From Candidatus Omnitrophota bacterium (GTDB taxonomy: Bacteria > Omnitrophota > Gorgyraeia > Duberdicusellales > 4484-171), in contig JBAWWL010000002.1 in assembly GCA_037146775.1 (NCBI GenBank), forward strand, positions 262,554-326,553: 64,000 nt of DNA, given 5' to 3'. Below the pieces are notes generated by a model. The model was not told the DNA's origin, made no database searches, and saw only the letters and a list, made by a program, of their open reading frames with translations. Position 1 is the stretch's first letter, and the number at the start of each line of letters is the position of its first letter. The translations under genes and the position numbers were made by a program. This document shows positions 1-9,652 of this stretch, one piece after another.

Positions 1-31
1 GATAAGTATTTTTAAGAAACAATAAGAATAT

Positions 32-1216
32 ATGAAGCTAAATATTTGTTTTAATAAATTAGGCGGAGAGCAATGGACAGTTGGTCCAATTTTCCTCAGA
101 AATCTCATTTTTGCCTTGCGGCAATTCTGCAAAGATGAAGTTATACTTACCCTGATGTCGTATGGAAAGAATGGCAATGATAATGAATATGATGATTTTA
201 TAAAACCAGACCAGATTGTTGTCTGCGAGCCTCTTCAACATGGAGGTTTTGGTTGGTTTGTTGGTGCCGTAAATAAAAAATATTTCTCCCGTGATTTGTC
301 TAAAGAGGTAGTATTATTGAAGAATAAGGTTAATATCTTATTTAGTACGTTTAATCAATTCAAAATTAATAATATAGCAACTTTGGCGTATTTACCTGAT
401 TTCCAGCCTTATAGGATGCCAGAGATGTTTAGTGAAGTTGAAAGAAAATGTTTGATCCGTGATTTTGAGATGACCGTAAAGCATTCAACCCGAGTTATTT
501 TGACTGGTTTATCCATAAAGAAAGATTTTGAATCTTTTTTCCCTAAGCAAATTCATAAAGTTAGAATTTTCAAGCCGGTTAGCTATATTCCCGATTATAT
601 TTACGATGATAAAAAGTTAGCTTCATTCCTGAAATTGTATAATCTTCCAGATAAGTTTGTCTATCTTCCTAATCAGTTCTGGAAGCATAAGAATCACAAA
701 GTATTGTTTAATGCTGTTAAGATATTAAAAGAACGAGGTATTGATATTATTGTTGTTTGTACCGGAAATTCTTTTGATTATAGGTGTCCGAGCTATTTTG
801 CCAAACTTTGGCATCAGATTTCCGAATTAAAGATTAGAGATCAGATTATATATTTGGGTTTAATTCCCCACGATTATATTTTTTATCTTATGAGGGCAAG
901 CGTATGTATCGTGAATCCTTCTTTTTTTGAAGGTTGGGCTAACGCGGTAGAAGAGGCCCGTTCCTTAGGCAAGATGCTACTACTTTCAGATATTCCTATC
1001 CATCGAGAACAAATGTTGTCTCGGTCGGACTTTTTCGATCCTTATAGCGCTGAAGATTTAGCAAAAAAAATAGAAAAAATTTGGGTTAATACTAGTTCCG
1101 GTCCAGATTTACCCTTAGAATCAATAGCACGACGAGAACTTTCTGATCGTCAGTCGGAATTCGCCAAATCTTTTTTGTCTATTGCGCAAGAGGCTATTTC
1201 GGAGGTGTGGTCTTGA
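32..1216 (+). CDS. glycosyltransferase, GT-B fold (GT4-like)
   Basis: 394-aa ORF; C-terminal EGWANAVEEARSLGKMLLLSDIPIHRE resembles the E-x7-E donor-binding region of GT4 enzymes. Confidence 0.6.
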   Translation: MKLNICFNKLGGEQWTVGPIFLRNLIFALRQFCKDEVILTLMSYGKNGNDNEYDDFIKPDQIVVCEPLQHGGFGWFVGAVNKKYFSRDLSKEVVLLKNKVNILFSTFNQFKINNIATLAYLPDFQPYRMPEMFSEVERKCLIRDFEMTVKHSTRVILTGLSIKKDFESFFPKQIHKVRIFKPVSYIPDYIYDDKKLASFLKLYNLPDKFVYLPNQFWKHKNHKVLFNAVKILKERGIDIIVVCTGNSFDYRCPSYFAKLWHQISELKIRDQIIYLGLIPHDYIFYLMRASVCIVNPSFFEGWANAVEEARSLGKMLLLSDIPIHREQMLSRSDFFDPYSAEDLAKKIEKIWVNTSSGPDLPLESIARRELSDRQSEFAKSFLSIAQEAISEVWS

Positions 1217-2079
1217 TGATTGATAATCAGAAGCTTGAAGGAGGATTGAGAACGTTAGGTAAATTTGATAGGAAAAGTACAGTAGAGAAACCGCTGGTGA
1301 GTATCGTTACTGTGTGCCGGAATAGCGAAAAATACATTGAGGAAACTATCAAAAGTGTATTAACTCAAAGTTATGATAATATTGAATATATCATTATCGA
1401 TGGGTGTTCGACAGATAAAACCATTGATATTATCAAGAAATACGATAATAAGATTGCTTATTGGCTAAGCGAGTCTGATCGGGGGGCATATGATGCTATG
1501 AATAAGGGGGTTATTTTGGCTAACGGTGAATGGGTGGGCATTATAAACAGCGATGATTGGTATCATACAAGTGCTGTCGAACAGATTGTTTGTGCATCGC
1601 AAGAGCAACCCTACGTTGATATTGTTTACGGTGACTTATTACACGTAAGGATTGATGGTGGTTATGTTCGACGAGAGGATTGTGAGGATGGCAAGTATTT
1701 TCGTCGTACAGGAAGCCATAATAATATGCTTGAAAGATGGGGTTTATTTCATCCAACCTGTTTTGTTAAAAGACGAATATACAAAGAGCATAAATTTAAT
1801 ATTAAATTTAAGTTATCTGCTGATTATGATTTTATGCTTTCGCTTTATTTTGATGACAAGAAATTTTTTTATATATCAAAACCTATAGCATTTTTCCGAC
1901 CCGTAGGCGTTAGTAGTACGATTAATTATAGAAGTATATTTGAATGTTTTCAGATTCGAAAAAAACATAATGTATTCCTTGCGCTGAAAGTATTAATTTT
2001 AGAAACAAAAATGTTTTTAATAGCCTATATTTATGACAGAAAACAAAAATTGAAAAATTTTGCGTTAAATTATCACTAG
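1207..2079 (+). CDS. glycosyltransferase family 2
   Basis: VSIVTVCRNSEKYI...YIIIDGCSTD...YWLSESDRGAYDAMNKG GT-A/DxD-type motifs; clear paralogue of the ORF at 35477..36385. Confidence 0.75.
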   Translation: MVLMIDNQKLEGGLRTLGKFDRKSTVEKPLVSIVTVCRNSEKYIEETIKSVLTQSYDNIEYIIIDGCSTDKTIDIIKKYDNKIAYWLSESDRGAYDAMNKGVILANGEWVGIINSDDWYHTSAVEQIVCASQEQPYVDIVYGDLLHVRIDGGYVRREDCEDGKYFRRTGSHNNMLERWGLFHPTCFVKRRIYKEHKFNIKFKLSADYDFMLSLYFDDKKFFYISKPIAFFRPVGVSSTINYRSIFECFQIRKKHNVFLALKVLILETKMFLIAYIYDRKQKLKNFALNYH

Positions 2080-2107
2080 TTTGGTAAGACAAAAAGGAAG
2101 GTGTTTT

Positions 2108-2407
2108 ATGAAAGAAAAAGTAACCGCAATAGTTTTTGCGGCAGTTGAGATAATAAATCAACAGCTATCTAAAGATGAGCAGATAGATAAAGCTATGAAC
2201 ACGCCTTTGTTCTACTCTTCCGGTGGGTTAGATTCGTTAGGTATAATAAACCTTATTATGACCATAGAACAAAAAATTCAGGAAGATTTAGGGGTGAATA
2301 TAACTTTAGCCAACGAAAAAGCGTTATCTAGTCAGGACAGTCCTTTTAGGACAATAGGAAATTTGATTGATTATATTTCTTTGCTTTTAAATGAGAATAT
2401 AAAATGA
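2108..2407 (+). CDS. acyl carrier protein
   Basis: GGLDSLGIINLI contains the DSL phosphopantetheine-attachment serine motif; ATG at 2108 is preceded by GGAAGG (2095-2100); the ORF-track start at 2081 is probably an over-extension. Confidence 0.65.
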   Translation: MKEKVTAIVFAAVEIINQQLSKDEQIDKAMNTPLFYSSGGLDSLGIINLIMTIEQKIQEDLGVNITLANEKALSSQDSPFRTIGNLIDYISLLLNENIK

Positions 2408-3108
2408 ATAACTCGCAGGTAATGTTGATTACCGGCACTAGTAGGGGTATAGGCAAATTTTTAGCTAAGCACTATGTGCAAAGAGGTTTTTCTGTTATCG
2501 GCTGCAGCCGTCAATCAGTAGATTATAGTCTGAAGAATTATAGGCATTTTTCTCTGGATATTTGTAATGAAGATGACGTAAGAGAGATGTTTGTTGAAGT
2601 TACTAAAAGCTATAAGCATCTTGATGTTTTAATAAATAATGTGGGAATCATATCTATGAATTATGTTTATTTGACTTCGGCTAAGACAGTAAGAGACATC
2701 ATGGATACGAATTTTATCGGTACATTTATCTGCTGCCGGGAGGCAATTAAGATAATGCAACGGAATCGTTCAGGTAAAATTATAAATATTTCTAGCATTG
2801 CCGTTCCTTTGAGCGCGGCAGGGACTTCTGCGTATAGTGCTTCTAAGGCAGCGGTTGAACAGCTTTCAAAAGTTTTAGCAAAAGAGGTGGTATCGTATGG
2901 AATTGCTGTCAACACTTTAGGGTTATCTTTTGTTGAAGGTAGCGGTATGATTAAAGAAGTTGGAGAAAAAGCCGTTAAAAGTGCGCTGGAGAATACGGCC
3001 TCAAAAATCCCTATTACTTTTAACGATGTTGCGGTGGCTATGGATTCCTTAATCTTAGGTCAAAATAGTACAGCTACTGGCAAGATATCTTATTTGGGTG
3101 GCGTATAA
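2404..3108 (+). CDS. SDR-family oxidoreductase (3-oxoacyl-ACP reductase-like)
   Basis: N-terminal TGTSRGIGKFLA Rossmann motif and YSASKAAV catalytic Y-x3-K; overlaps the ACP stop. Confidence 0.75.
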   Translation: MNNSQVMLITGTSRGIGKFLAKHYVQRGFSVIGCSRQSVDYSLKNYRHFSLDICNEDDVREMFVEVTKSYKHLDVLINNVGIISMNYVYLTSAKTVRDIMDTNFIGTFICCREAIKIMQRNRSGKIINISSIAVPLSAAGTSAYSASKAAVEQLSKVLAKEVVSYGIAVNTLGLSFVEGSGMIKEVGEKAVKSALENTASKIPITFNDVAVAMDSLILGQNSTATGKISYLGGV

Positions 3109-4119
3109 ATGAAAGTAATCATAAAAGACATAGCATATTATTTGCCTCAGCGCGTAGTAACCAATGAAGAGCTATATAAAGAAAACCCAGGATGGAAGAC
3201 AGAAACTCTTGAAGAGCGCATAGGGGTAATGAAGCGTCATGTTGCCGGCGATGGTGAAACAGCTTTAGATTTAGCTTATCGGGCTTGCGAAGAAATTATC
3301 TCAAAGAATTCAGAGTTACCTAAGCTAATAGACGGAATTATTTTTTGTACGCAAAGTGGTGATCATGTTATGCCTTCTAATGCTTGTATTTTACACAAAA
3401 TGCTTAAACTGTCAGAAGAAGTGATTGCTTTTGATTTTAATTTAGCCTGTTCCGGATATATATATGGACTTGCGATAGTGCAAGGACTAATACTTAGCGG
3501 TATGGCAAAAAATATCTTGTTGGTGAATGCAGACACTTATTCTAAATATATTGCAAAGAATGATCGTTCGGTAAGAATGCTTTTTGGCGACGGAGCAGCC
3601 GTCTCTTGGATTAGTCTTTCTGGTTCCGGTAGCAGTATTATTGACATAATTTGTGCTACGGCCGGTCAATACTTTGATAAATTTATTATCCCTGCTGGAG
3701 GTTGTAGAATGCCAAAATCTGGCCGAACATCTGAGTTGTTAACCGACGAAAGCGGCAACTCCCGCACGTTAGAGAATATTCATATGGATGGTATGGGCAT
3801 TTTTTCTTTTGTCAATTCCAGAGTCCCCCGCCAGATTAAAAAAATTTTAACGCATAATAGATTGAACGTAACAGATATAAAATTATTTGTTTTTCATCAG
3901 GCAAGCAAAATGGCCTTAGATTCTCTTGGTTGCCTACTAGGTATTAATCCTGAAAAAGTATTCAAGAACCTCGGTGAAATAGGCAACACCGTATCAGCAT
4001 CTATCCCCATTGCCTTAAAAGATGCGTTAAATAGCGGTAAATTATCTAAGGGCGATAAAGTTTTACTTTCAGGGTTTGGTGTAGGTTTATCTTGGGGGGC
4101 GGCAATCATAGAAATATGA
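3109..4119 (+). CDS. 3-oxoacyl-ACP synthase III (FabH-like KAS III)
   Basis: ACSGYIYGL active-site Cys, FVFHQAS His and GNTVSASIPIAL Asn motif; about 335 aa, typical for KAS III. Confidence 0.75.
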   Translation: MKVIIKDIAYYLPQRVVTNEELYKENPGWKTETLEERIGVMKRHVAGDGETALDLAYRACEEIISKNSELPKLIDGIIFCTQSGDHVMPSNACILHKMLKLSEEVIAFDFNLACSGYIYGLAIVQGLILSGMAKNILLVNADTYSKYIAKNDRSVRMLFGDGAAVSWISLSGSGSSIIDIICATAGQYFDKFIIPAGGCRMPKSGRTSELLTDESGNSRTLENIHMDGMGIFSFVNSRVPRQIKKILTHNRLNVTDIKLFVFHQASKMALDSLGCLLGINPEKVFKNLGEIGNTVSASIPIALKDALNSGKLSKGDKVLLSGFGVGLSWGAAIIEI

Positions 4120-4238
4120 AGTTTTACGGATTTACAGCCGTAGTATTTTCTATTTCTTCGGCGGAGCGGAATCTACCGAAGTAAAAACAACGCATTCATC
4201 CATGGGCTTGCATCCGTGGTTTATGCGTAGGCGGATAA

Positions 4239-5192
4239 ATGGATAACAAGATAAAATGGCCTCACGGCAAGAATTTTGCTTTTACTATTTTTGATGATAC
4301 AGATAACTCGACTATAGCTAACACAAGAGACGTGTATGCATTTCTTTATGATTGCGGTTTTCTGACTACTAAATCTGTCTGGGTATTCGATAGCACTGAA
4401 AAATCGCAGGTTGGTAAGGAATGGACTGCTGGAGATACCTGTGACGACAAAGAATATGTACAATGGCTAAAAGATTTACAAAGCCTCGATTTTGAAATTG
4501 GACTTCATAGCGTTAGCACGCATAGATCGCGCAGAGATCGAGTGATCTATGGAATAGAAAGATTCCGTGATATTTTTGGCTATTATCCTCAATCAGCTTC
4601 GCAACATCTGGATTATCGCGAAAATGAATCCATGTATTGGGGTAACCGAAGGGTAAGCGGTTTTAATGAATATTTATATAACACCATTACCTTAAATCGT
4701 TTCAAGGGAAAATCAAAAGGGCATATTGAGAAGAGTGAATATTTTTGGGGTGATATTTGTAAGCAGCGAATTAAATTTATGCGCAATTTTGTTTTTAGCG
4801 ACATAAATACTCTTAAAACTTGTCCAGTTATGCCCTATCATGATGACGAGAGACCCTATGTTAATTATTGGTTTGCTTCTTCCGAGGGTCGAGATCTTAA
4901 GTCATACATTGAATGCATAAAAGAAAAGAATCAAGACAATTTAGAGGCTAGTGGCGGTGCTTGTATTGTGTACACTCATTTTGCAAGCGGTTTTTTTAAC
5001 CATGGTAAATTAGATTGTAATTTTAAGTTTCTTATGGAGAGGCTTAGTAAAAAAAATGGCTGGTTTGTGCCGGTTTCGACATTATTAGATTATCTTCTTA
5101 GAATAAAAGGCCATCAGGTTATTTCCAATACTGAAAAAAACAGGCTTGAGAGGAAATGGTTATGGCACAAAATAAGGCATGGAACTACGTAA
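4239..5192 (+). CDS. hypothetical protein, possibly polysaccharide deacetylase-like (CE4-like)
   Basis: FTIFDDTDNS and GLHSVSTH loosely resemble NodB motifs 1 and 2; weak. Confidence 0.3.
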   Translation: MDNKIKWPHGKNFAFTIFDDTDNSTIANTRDVYAFLYDCGFLTTKSVWVFDSTEKSQVGKEWTAGDTCDDKEYVQWLKDLQSLDFEIGLHSVSTHRSRRDRVIYGIERFRDIFGYYPQSASQHLDYRENESMYWGNRRVSGFNEYLYNTITLNRFKGKSKGHIEKSEYFWGDICKQRIKFMRNFVFSDINTLKTCPVMPYHDDERPYVNYWFASSEGRDLKSYIECIKEKNQDNLEASGGACIVYTHFASGFFNHGKLDCNFKFLMERLSKKNGWFVPVSTLLDYLLRIKGHQVISNTEKNRLERKWLWHKIRHGTT

Positions 5193-5195
5193 TTA

Positions 5196-6323
5196 GTGAT
5201 TCATATGGGAATAGAAATCAAACCCTACAGTGAAAATTTTATAGACAAGGTCAGAAGTTTTAACTTACGCTTAAAAAATGGGGGATTACTATTTAGCTTT
5301 CCTGTATCGAATATTCCTGAGTGGCTGCCGAAGATAGAAAATCGAAAGATTTATCAGGAATATTTTTTGGCCATAGAAAACAATTCGGAAGTAAGAGGGG
5401 CATATATTTTGAAACACCAGGAATTTATACTTAAAGACAAGGCGGTGTCCCTGGCGGATTATCAGCTGCCTATCTCAGAGGGTACGGTTAATAAATCGTA
5501 TAGTCTTATCGGGGTGCAACTATTAACCAATGCATTGAAGCGGCAACCATTGTTATTTGGCTTGGGTATGGGTAGCTATAAAGAACCATTGCCAAAGATG
5601 TTAAAAGCCGCGGGGTGGAGTTTATTTACCGTCCCTTTTTTCTTTAAGGTTTGCCGTCCTTTCAAATTTTTAAAGAATATTAATTTCATAAGAAAGAAAA
5701 AAATTATAAATATCTTTTTAGATTTAATTGCGATAACTGGTATGGGTTGGATTATAATAAAATTATTACAGCTTTTATTTGAAAAGATTAATCTTGTAAA
5801 CAGAAATATTTCCGTAGAAATAATTAATGATTTTTCTATTTGGGCAGATGAAGTTTGGAATGTGTCTAAAGGACAATATCATATGATAGCAGTGCGGGAT
5901 AGCACCGTGCTTAATATATTGTATCCAAAGGAAAATAATTCATTTATTCGTTTGAAAGTATTGCAGAATAATAAGGTTATCGGTTGGGCGATTGTTTTGG
6001 ATACTCCGATGATTAATCATAAACAGTTTGGGAATATGCGGGTTGGCTCTATAGTTGATTGTTTGGCCCTTACAGGCGAGGAATTTGAGGTAATTAAGTC
6101 CGCGGCTGGTTTTTTAGAAAAAAATGGCGTGGATATAATTGTTTCAAACCAGTTCCATTCGTTTTGGCGCAAAGCTCTCATTAGCAATGGTTTTCTCGAG
6201 GGTCCCTCTAATTTTATATTTGCAGCTTCAAGAAAATTAACCGAATTATTATATCCTCTTGGTGCTAACAAGTTTAAATTTCATATCAATAGAGGCGATG
6301 GTGATGGGCCGATACACCTTTGA
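5196..6323 (+). CDS. hypothetical protein
   Basis: 375-aa ORF in the operon frame with no recognisable motif. Confidence 0.3.
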   Translation: MIHMGIEIKPYSENFIDKVRSFNLRLKNGGLLFSFPVSNIPEWLPKIENRKIYQEYFLAIENNSEVRGAYILKHQEFILKDKAVSLADYQLPISEGTVNKSYSLIGVQLLTNALKRQPLLFGLGMGSYKEPLPKMLKAAGWSLFTVPFFFKVCRPFKFLKNINFIRKKKIINIFLDLIAITGMGWIIIKLLQLLFEKINLVNRNISVEIINDFSIWADEVWNVSKGQYHMIAVRDSTVLNILYPKENNSFIRLKVLQNNKVIGWAIVLDTPMINHKQFGNMRVGSIVDCLALTGEEFEVIKSAAGFLEKNGVDIIVSNQFHSFWRKALISNGFLEGPSNFIFAASRKLTELLYPLGANKFKFHINRGDGDGPIHL

Positions 6324-6392
6324 GGCCAAATATCTTGATTTATGGTTAAATATAGCGATAAAAAATTAATTGATATAGGTTAAAAAGTAAAT

Positions 6393-7667
6393 ATGCCATT
6401 TTTTCTCCTTATAATTTATATAATTGCCGTTTTTATTAGACCTCAGGATTCTATCTCATTTATGCAAGGGTTTCCTCTGGTCAATATTATAACCATACTG
6501 AATCTTTTGTTGGTTTTTATGGGGTTTTCGGCCAAGAAATTGAGTATTCCGCGAGCACCAGAAAATACACTTATGTTAGGATTCTTTTTTGCTATATTAA
6601 TGTCTCACGTAGCAAACACATATTTGGGAGGGTTGATTCTTTCGTTTCAGGAGTTCGGTAAAATTTTAATTTTCTATTTTCTGATAATAATTATTTTAGA
6701 TTCGGTAAATAAAATTAAAATTGTAAGCTGGCTTATTGTACTTTCATCAGTTTATATGGCAATTAATGGTATAATCCAGTTTTATGGGGGATCTGGCATA
6801 CCCGGGACAGCTCCTATCAATGATCACGGCGTAATGCGGATAATCGGCTTAGGAATTTTTTCCGACCCCAACGATTTAGCGCTTCTTTTTATTTTTACTT
6901 TCCCGTTAGTTTTAGCGTTTATTTTTGAAGGGAGAGGATTTTTTCATGCCACTATGGCTATTGTCTGCGGAATTTCGATTGTCTGGGCATTGTGGCTAAC
7001 TAACTCAAGAGGAGGATTATTGGCTTTTATCGTAGCCACAATAATGTTTTTTAGGCTTAGATTCAAGGGAATGAAATGGGTTATATTTGCCATGCTAGCT
7101 GTGGTTATTGCTGTTGCGTTTTTACCTTCCCGCCTTACCGCTGGTTTTTTTGATAAGTCATCTTATGAGCGCGTTATCTACTGGGGTTACGGTAATTGGG
7201 CTTTTAAGTCACATCCGATTTTTGGCGTAGGTTATAATATGCTTTGGCAGTATGCTGCGGATAAAGCTGCACATAATTCTTTTATCCAGTGCTACGCGGA
7301 ACTAGGAATTTTTGGATATTTATTTTGGATAGGCCTTATTTACATTATTTTATACGGTTTATGGAAATTGAGTCTTTACTATAAATCAAAGGCTTATTAT
7401 AAAAGTGACCTTTTTTTATTAGGTGAAGCAATATCTGCTGCTTTTTTTGGTTATTTAACTATCAGTTTATTCTTGAGCCGCACATACATTGTACCATTTT
7501 TTGTTTTTATTGCATTAGCGGTAAAGGTAAGGTTTGTGGCTACGCAAGGAAAATTCTTAGGTGGAGACCTTCTTCCTGCCTATCAAAACCGTAGGATCCT
7601 CGCTATCGGCGTATTAAGTATTCTATTTATGTATATCATGACGCGATTCTTGTTAACGAGGTTTTAA
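6393..7667 (+). CDS. O-antigen ligase/polymerase family membrane protein (Wzy/WaaL-like)
   Basis: Polytopic with >=10 hydrophobic segments; WALWLTNSRGGLLAFIVATIMFF resembles the O-antigen ligase-family periplasmic-loop signature. Confidence 0.6.
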   Translation: MPFFLLIIYIIAVFIRPQDSISFMQGFPLVNIITILNLLLVFMGFSAKKLSIPRAPENTLMLGFFFAILMSHVANTYLGGLILSFQEFGKILIFYFLIIIILDSVNKIKIVSWLIVLSSVYMAINGIIQFYGGSGIPGTAPINDHGVMRIIGLGIFSDPNDLALLFIFTFPLVLAFIFEGRGFFHATMAIVCGISIVWALWLTNSRGGLLAFIVATIMFFRLRFKGMKWVIFAMLAVVIAVAFLPSRLTAGFFDKSSYERVIYWGYGNWAFKSHPIFGVGYNMLWQYAADKAAHNSFIQCYAELGIFGYLFWIGLIYIILYGLWKLSLYYKSKAYYKSDLFLLGEAISAAFFGYLTISLFLSRTYIVPFFVFIALAVKVRFVATQGKFLGGDLLPAYQNRRILAIGVLSILFMYIMTRFLLTRF

Positions 7668-8804
7668 GTGGGTGAGCAGAGGAAAACAATCCTTCACATC
7701 GTTAAACTAAATCCGAAGAAGCTAGGCTCATTTGAAGAGTATATTATTGCTTTACATAGAGAGATTCTAAGCAGAGGATTACGTGGCATTATAATATTCG
7801 AAAGCGAAGTCCCGCCATCTTTGAGGGATAGATATAATGGCATTGAAATTAAAACATTATCTCAGAAAGAAGGATTTTTTAGTTTTTATTTTAAGCTTTT
7901 TAGGTTTATTAAAGAATATAAACCCGATATTGTGCATATTGCTTTCCATCCAATATTTAGCGAAATAAGTTTTTTAGTTTATCTGTTCGGCGCACGGAAT
8001 ATTATTTTTTCTGATCGTATTTCAGGGGAAATTAAACGCAAAAAATTTATTAAAAGGAAATTTTCTTTTATTAAGAATAAATTTATTAATCAATTTATAA
8101 GAAAGATTATTTGTGTCTCAGATTATGTGCAAAATCGCGATAGTTTTATTCCAGGCATAGATCGAACAAAGCTAGTTACTATTTTGAATGGGGTTAATCT
8201 TAAAAGATTTGATAGTTCAGGCGTTAGCAGACAAGATATTCGTCAACAGTTCAAGATTGGCGAGAGCGCTTTTTTGGTAACTAATATTTCTCATTTGGTT
8301 AAAGTAAAAGGCATTGATGTGATAGTCAAGGCTGCCAAAGCCATAAATATTAAATATAAAGACATTATTTTTCTAATCGTTGGCGTAGGTAAAGATGAAG
8401 AAAAAATTAAGTCAATGGTAAACGAATTTTCATTGGAAGGAGTTGTTCAGTTCGCTGGGTTAAGGAACGATACAGAAAATATTCTTGCAGCCAGTGATAT
8501 GTTCGTTTATCCATCGGTATGGCAAGAGGCATGCGGATTCGGTATCATAGAGGCGTTGGCGTGTGGCTTACCGGTGATTACTACACAAGTAGGTGGTACG
8601 CCCGAACTTATCATGGATGGGTTTAATGGTTTTTTAATCGAGAGCAACAGTAGTGAGGCCCTTGCGAAAAAAATTGAGTATTTATATCTTAACCGGGATT
8701 TTTTAAAAAAAATGGGCGAGTGCGCCAAAAAAGACGCTCGAAAACGATTAGATTTAAACCGCGTTGTTAGTCAAGTAATGGATGTCTATGCGCGGTATTT
8801 ATAA
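7668..8804 (+). CDS. glycosyltransferase family 4
   Basis: EACGFGIIEALACGLPVITTQVGGTPELIMDGFNGFLIE GT4 C-terminal signature; GTG start. Confidence 0.75.
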   Translation: MGEQRKTILHIVKLNPKKLGSFEEYIIALHREILSRGLRGIIIFESEVPPSLRDRYNGIEIKTLSQKEGFFSFYFKLFRFIKEYKPDIVHIAFHPIFSEISFLVYLFGARNIIFSDRISGEIKRKKFIKRKFSFIKNKFINQFIRKIICVSDYVQNRDSFIPGIDRTKLVTILNGVNLKRFDSSGVSRQDIRQQFKIGESAFLVTNISHLVKVKGIDVIVKAAKAINIKYKDIIFLIVGVGKDEEKIKSMVNEFSLEGVVQFAGLRNDTENILAASDMFVYPSVWQEACGFGIIEALACGLPVITTQVGGTPELIMDGFNGFLIESNSSEALAKKIEYLYLNRDFLKKMGECAKKDARKRLDLNRVVSQVMDVYARYL

Positions 8805-8922
8805 AATAGCTGTGTTTATCTGTAGTATCCATCTGTGCTCATCCCTGCCTGCCGGTAGGCAGGTGTGATTTTCATCTGTGTTAATCTGTGGTGTGCGATG
8901 ATCTGTGTAAACGAGGAATAAA
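8805..8922 (+). promoter_or_regulatory. intergenic leader with a hairpin and five ATCTGTG direct repeats
   Basis: ATCTGTR at 8818, 8831, 8874, 8884 and 8901; hairpin CCTGCC-tgccggta-GGCAGG at 8844-8863. Confidence 0.4.
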
Positions 8923-9615
8923 ATGATAAGAAAGAAGCTACCCGTATCAATTATTGTTCCTTGTAGAAATGAGGCAAAAAATCTAGAAATACTTCTTCCG
9001 CAGCTAGAAAGCATAGGAGAAGAGCTTATTGTTGTTGATGGTCACTCTCAGGATAATACTAAAGAGTTGGCAATGCGCTATTCCACAAAATTTGTTTTGG
9101 ATAACGGTAAAGGTAAGGGGGACGGTATTCGCGTGGGAATTGCTCACGCAACTAAAGATATCTGCGTGTTTTTAGATGCTGATCTTTCGCATGATCCTTT
9201 AGATATTCCTAAGATGGTCGAGCCGATTTTAACCGGCAAGGCGGATATAGTGTTAGGCTCGCGTATGCGCGGCGGCGGTGACGAGTTTATTGCTACCCCT
9301 CTTATGCTTATTCGACTTTTTGGTAATATGGGCTTGACTTGGTTGATAAATCTTAGATGTAATTCGGCATTGTCAGATAGCCAAAATGGATTTAGAGCAA
9401 TTAAAACATCTTTATTGAGGTCCATTAAACTTATTTCTAATAGGCATACGATTGAATTAGAGATGATTATGCGAGCCCTTCGTTTTGGTGCTCGTGTCGT
9501 AGAAGTACCCGCTCATGAATATCCGCGCAGGTTTGGTGATTCATCTCTTTCGTTAATTGAACAAGGATTTCTTTTTTTATTTGTCTATATTCGTGAGTGT
9601 TTTAGGCCGCTTTAA
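8923..9615 (+). CDS. GT2 polyprenyl-phosphate sugar synthase-like (DPM1/GtrB-like), soluble
   Basis: VSIIVPCRNEAKNLEILL...VVDGHSQDNT...FLDADLSHDP GT-A motifs; 230 aa. Confidence 0.65.
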   Translation: MIRKKLPVSIIVPCRNEAKNLEILLPQLESIGEELIVVDGHSQDNTKELAMRYSTKFVLDNGKGKGDGIRVGIAHATKDICVFLDADLSHDPLDIPKMVEPILTGKADIVLGSRMRGGGDEFIATPLMLIRLFGNMGLTWLINLRCNSALSDSQNGFRAIKTSLLRSIKLISNRHTIELEMIMRALRFGARVVEVPAHEYPRRFGDSSLSLIEQGFLFLFVYIRECFRPL

Positions 9616-9652
9616 TAAATATGTGGTTGATATATAACAGGGGGATGGGGCT

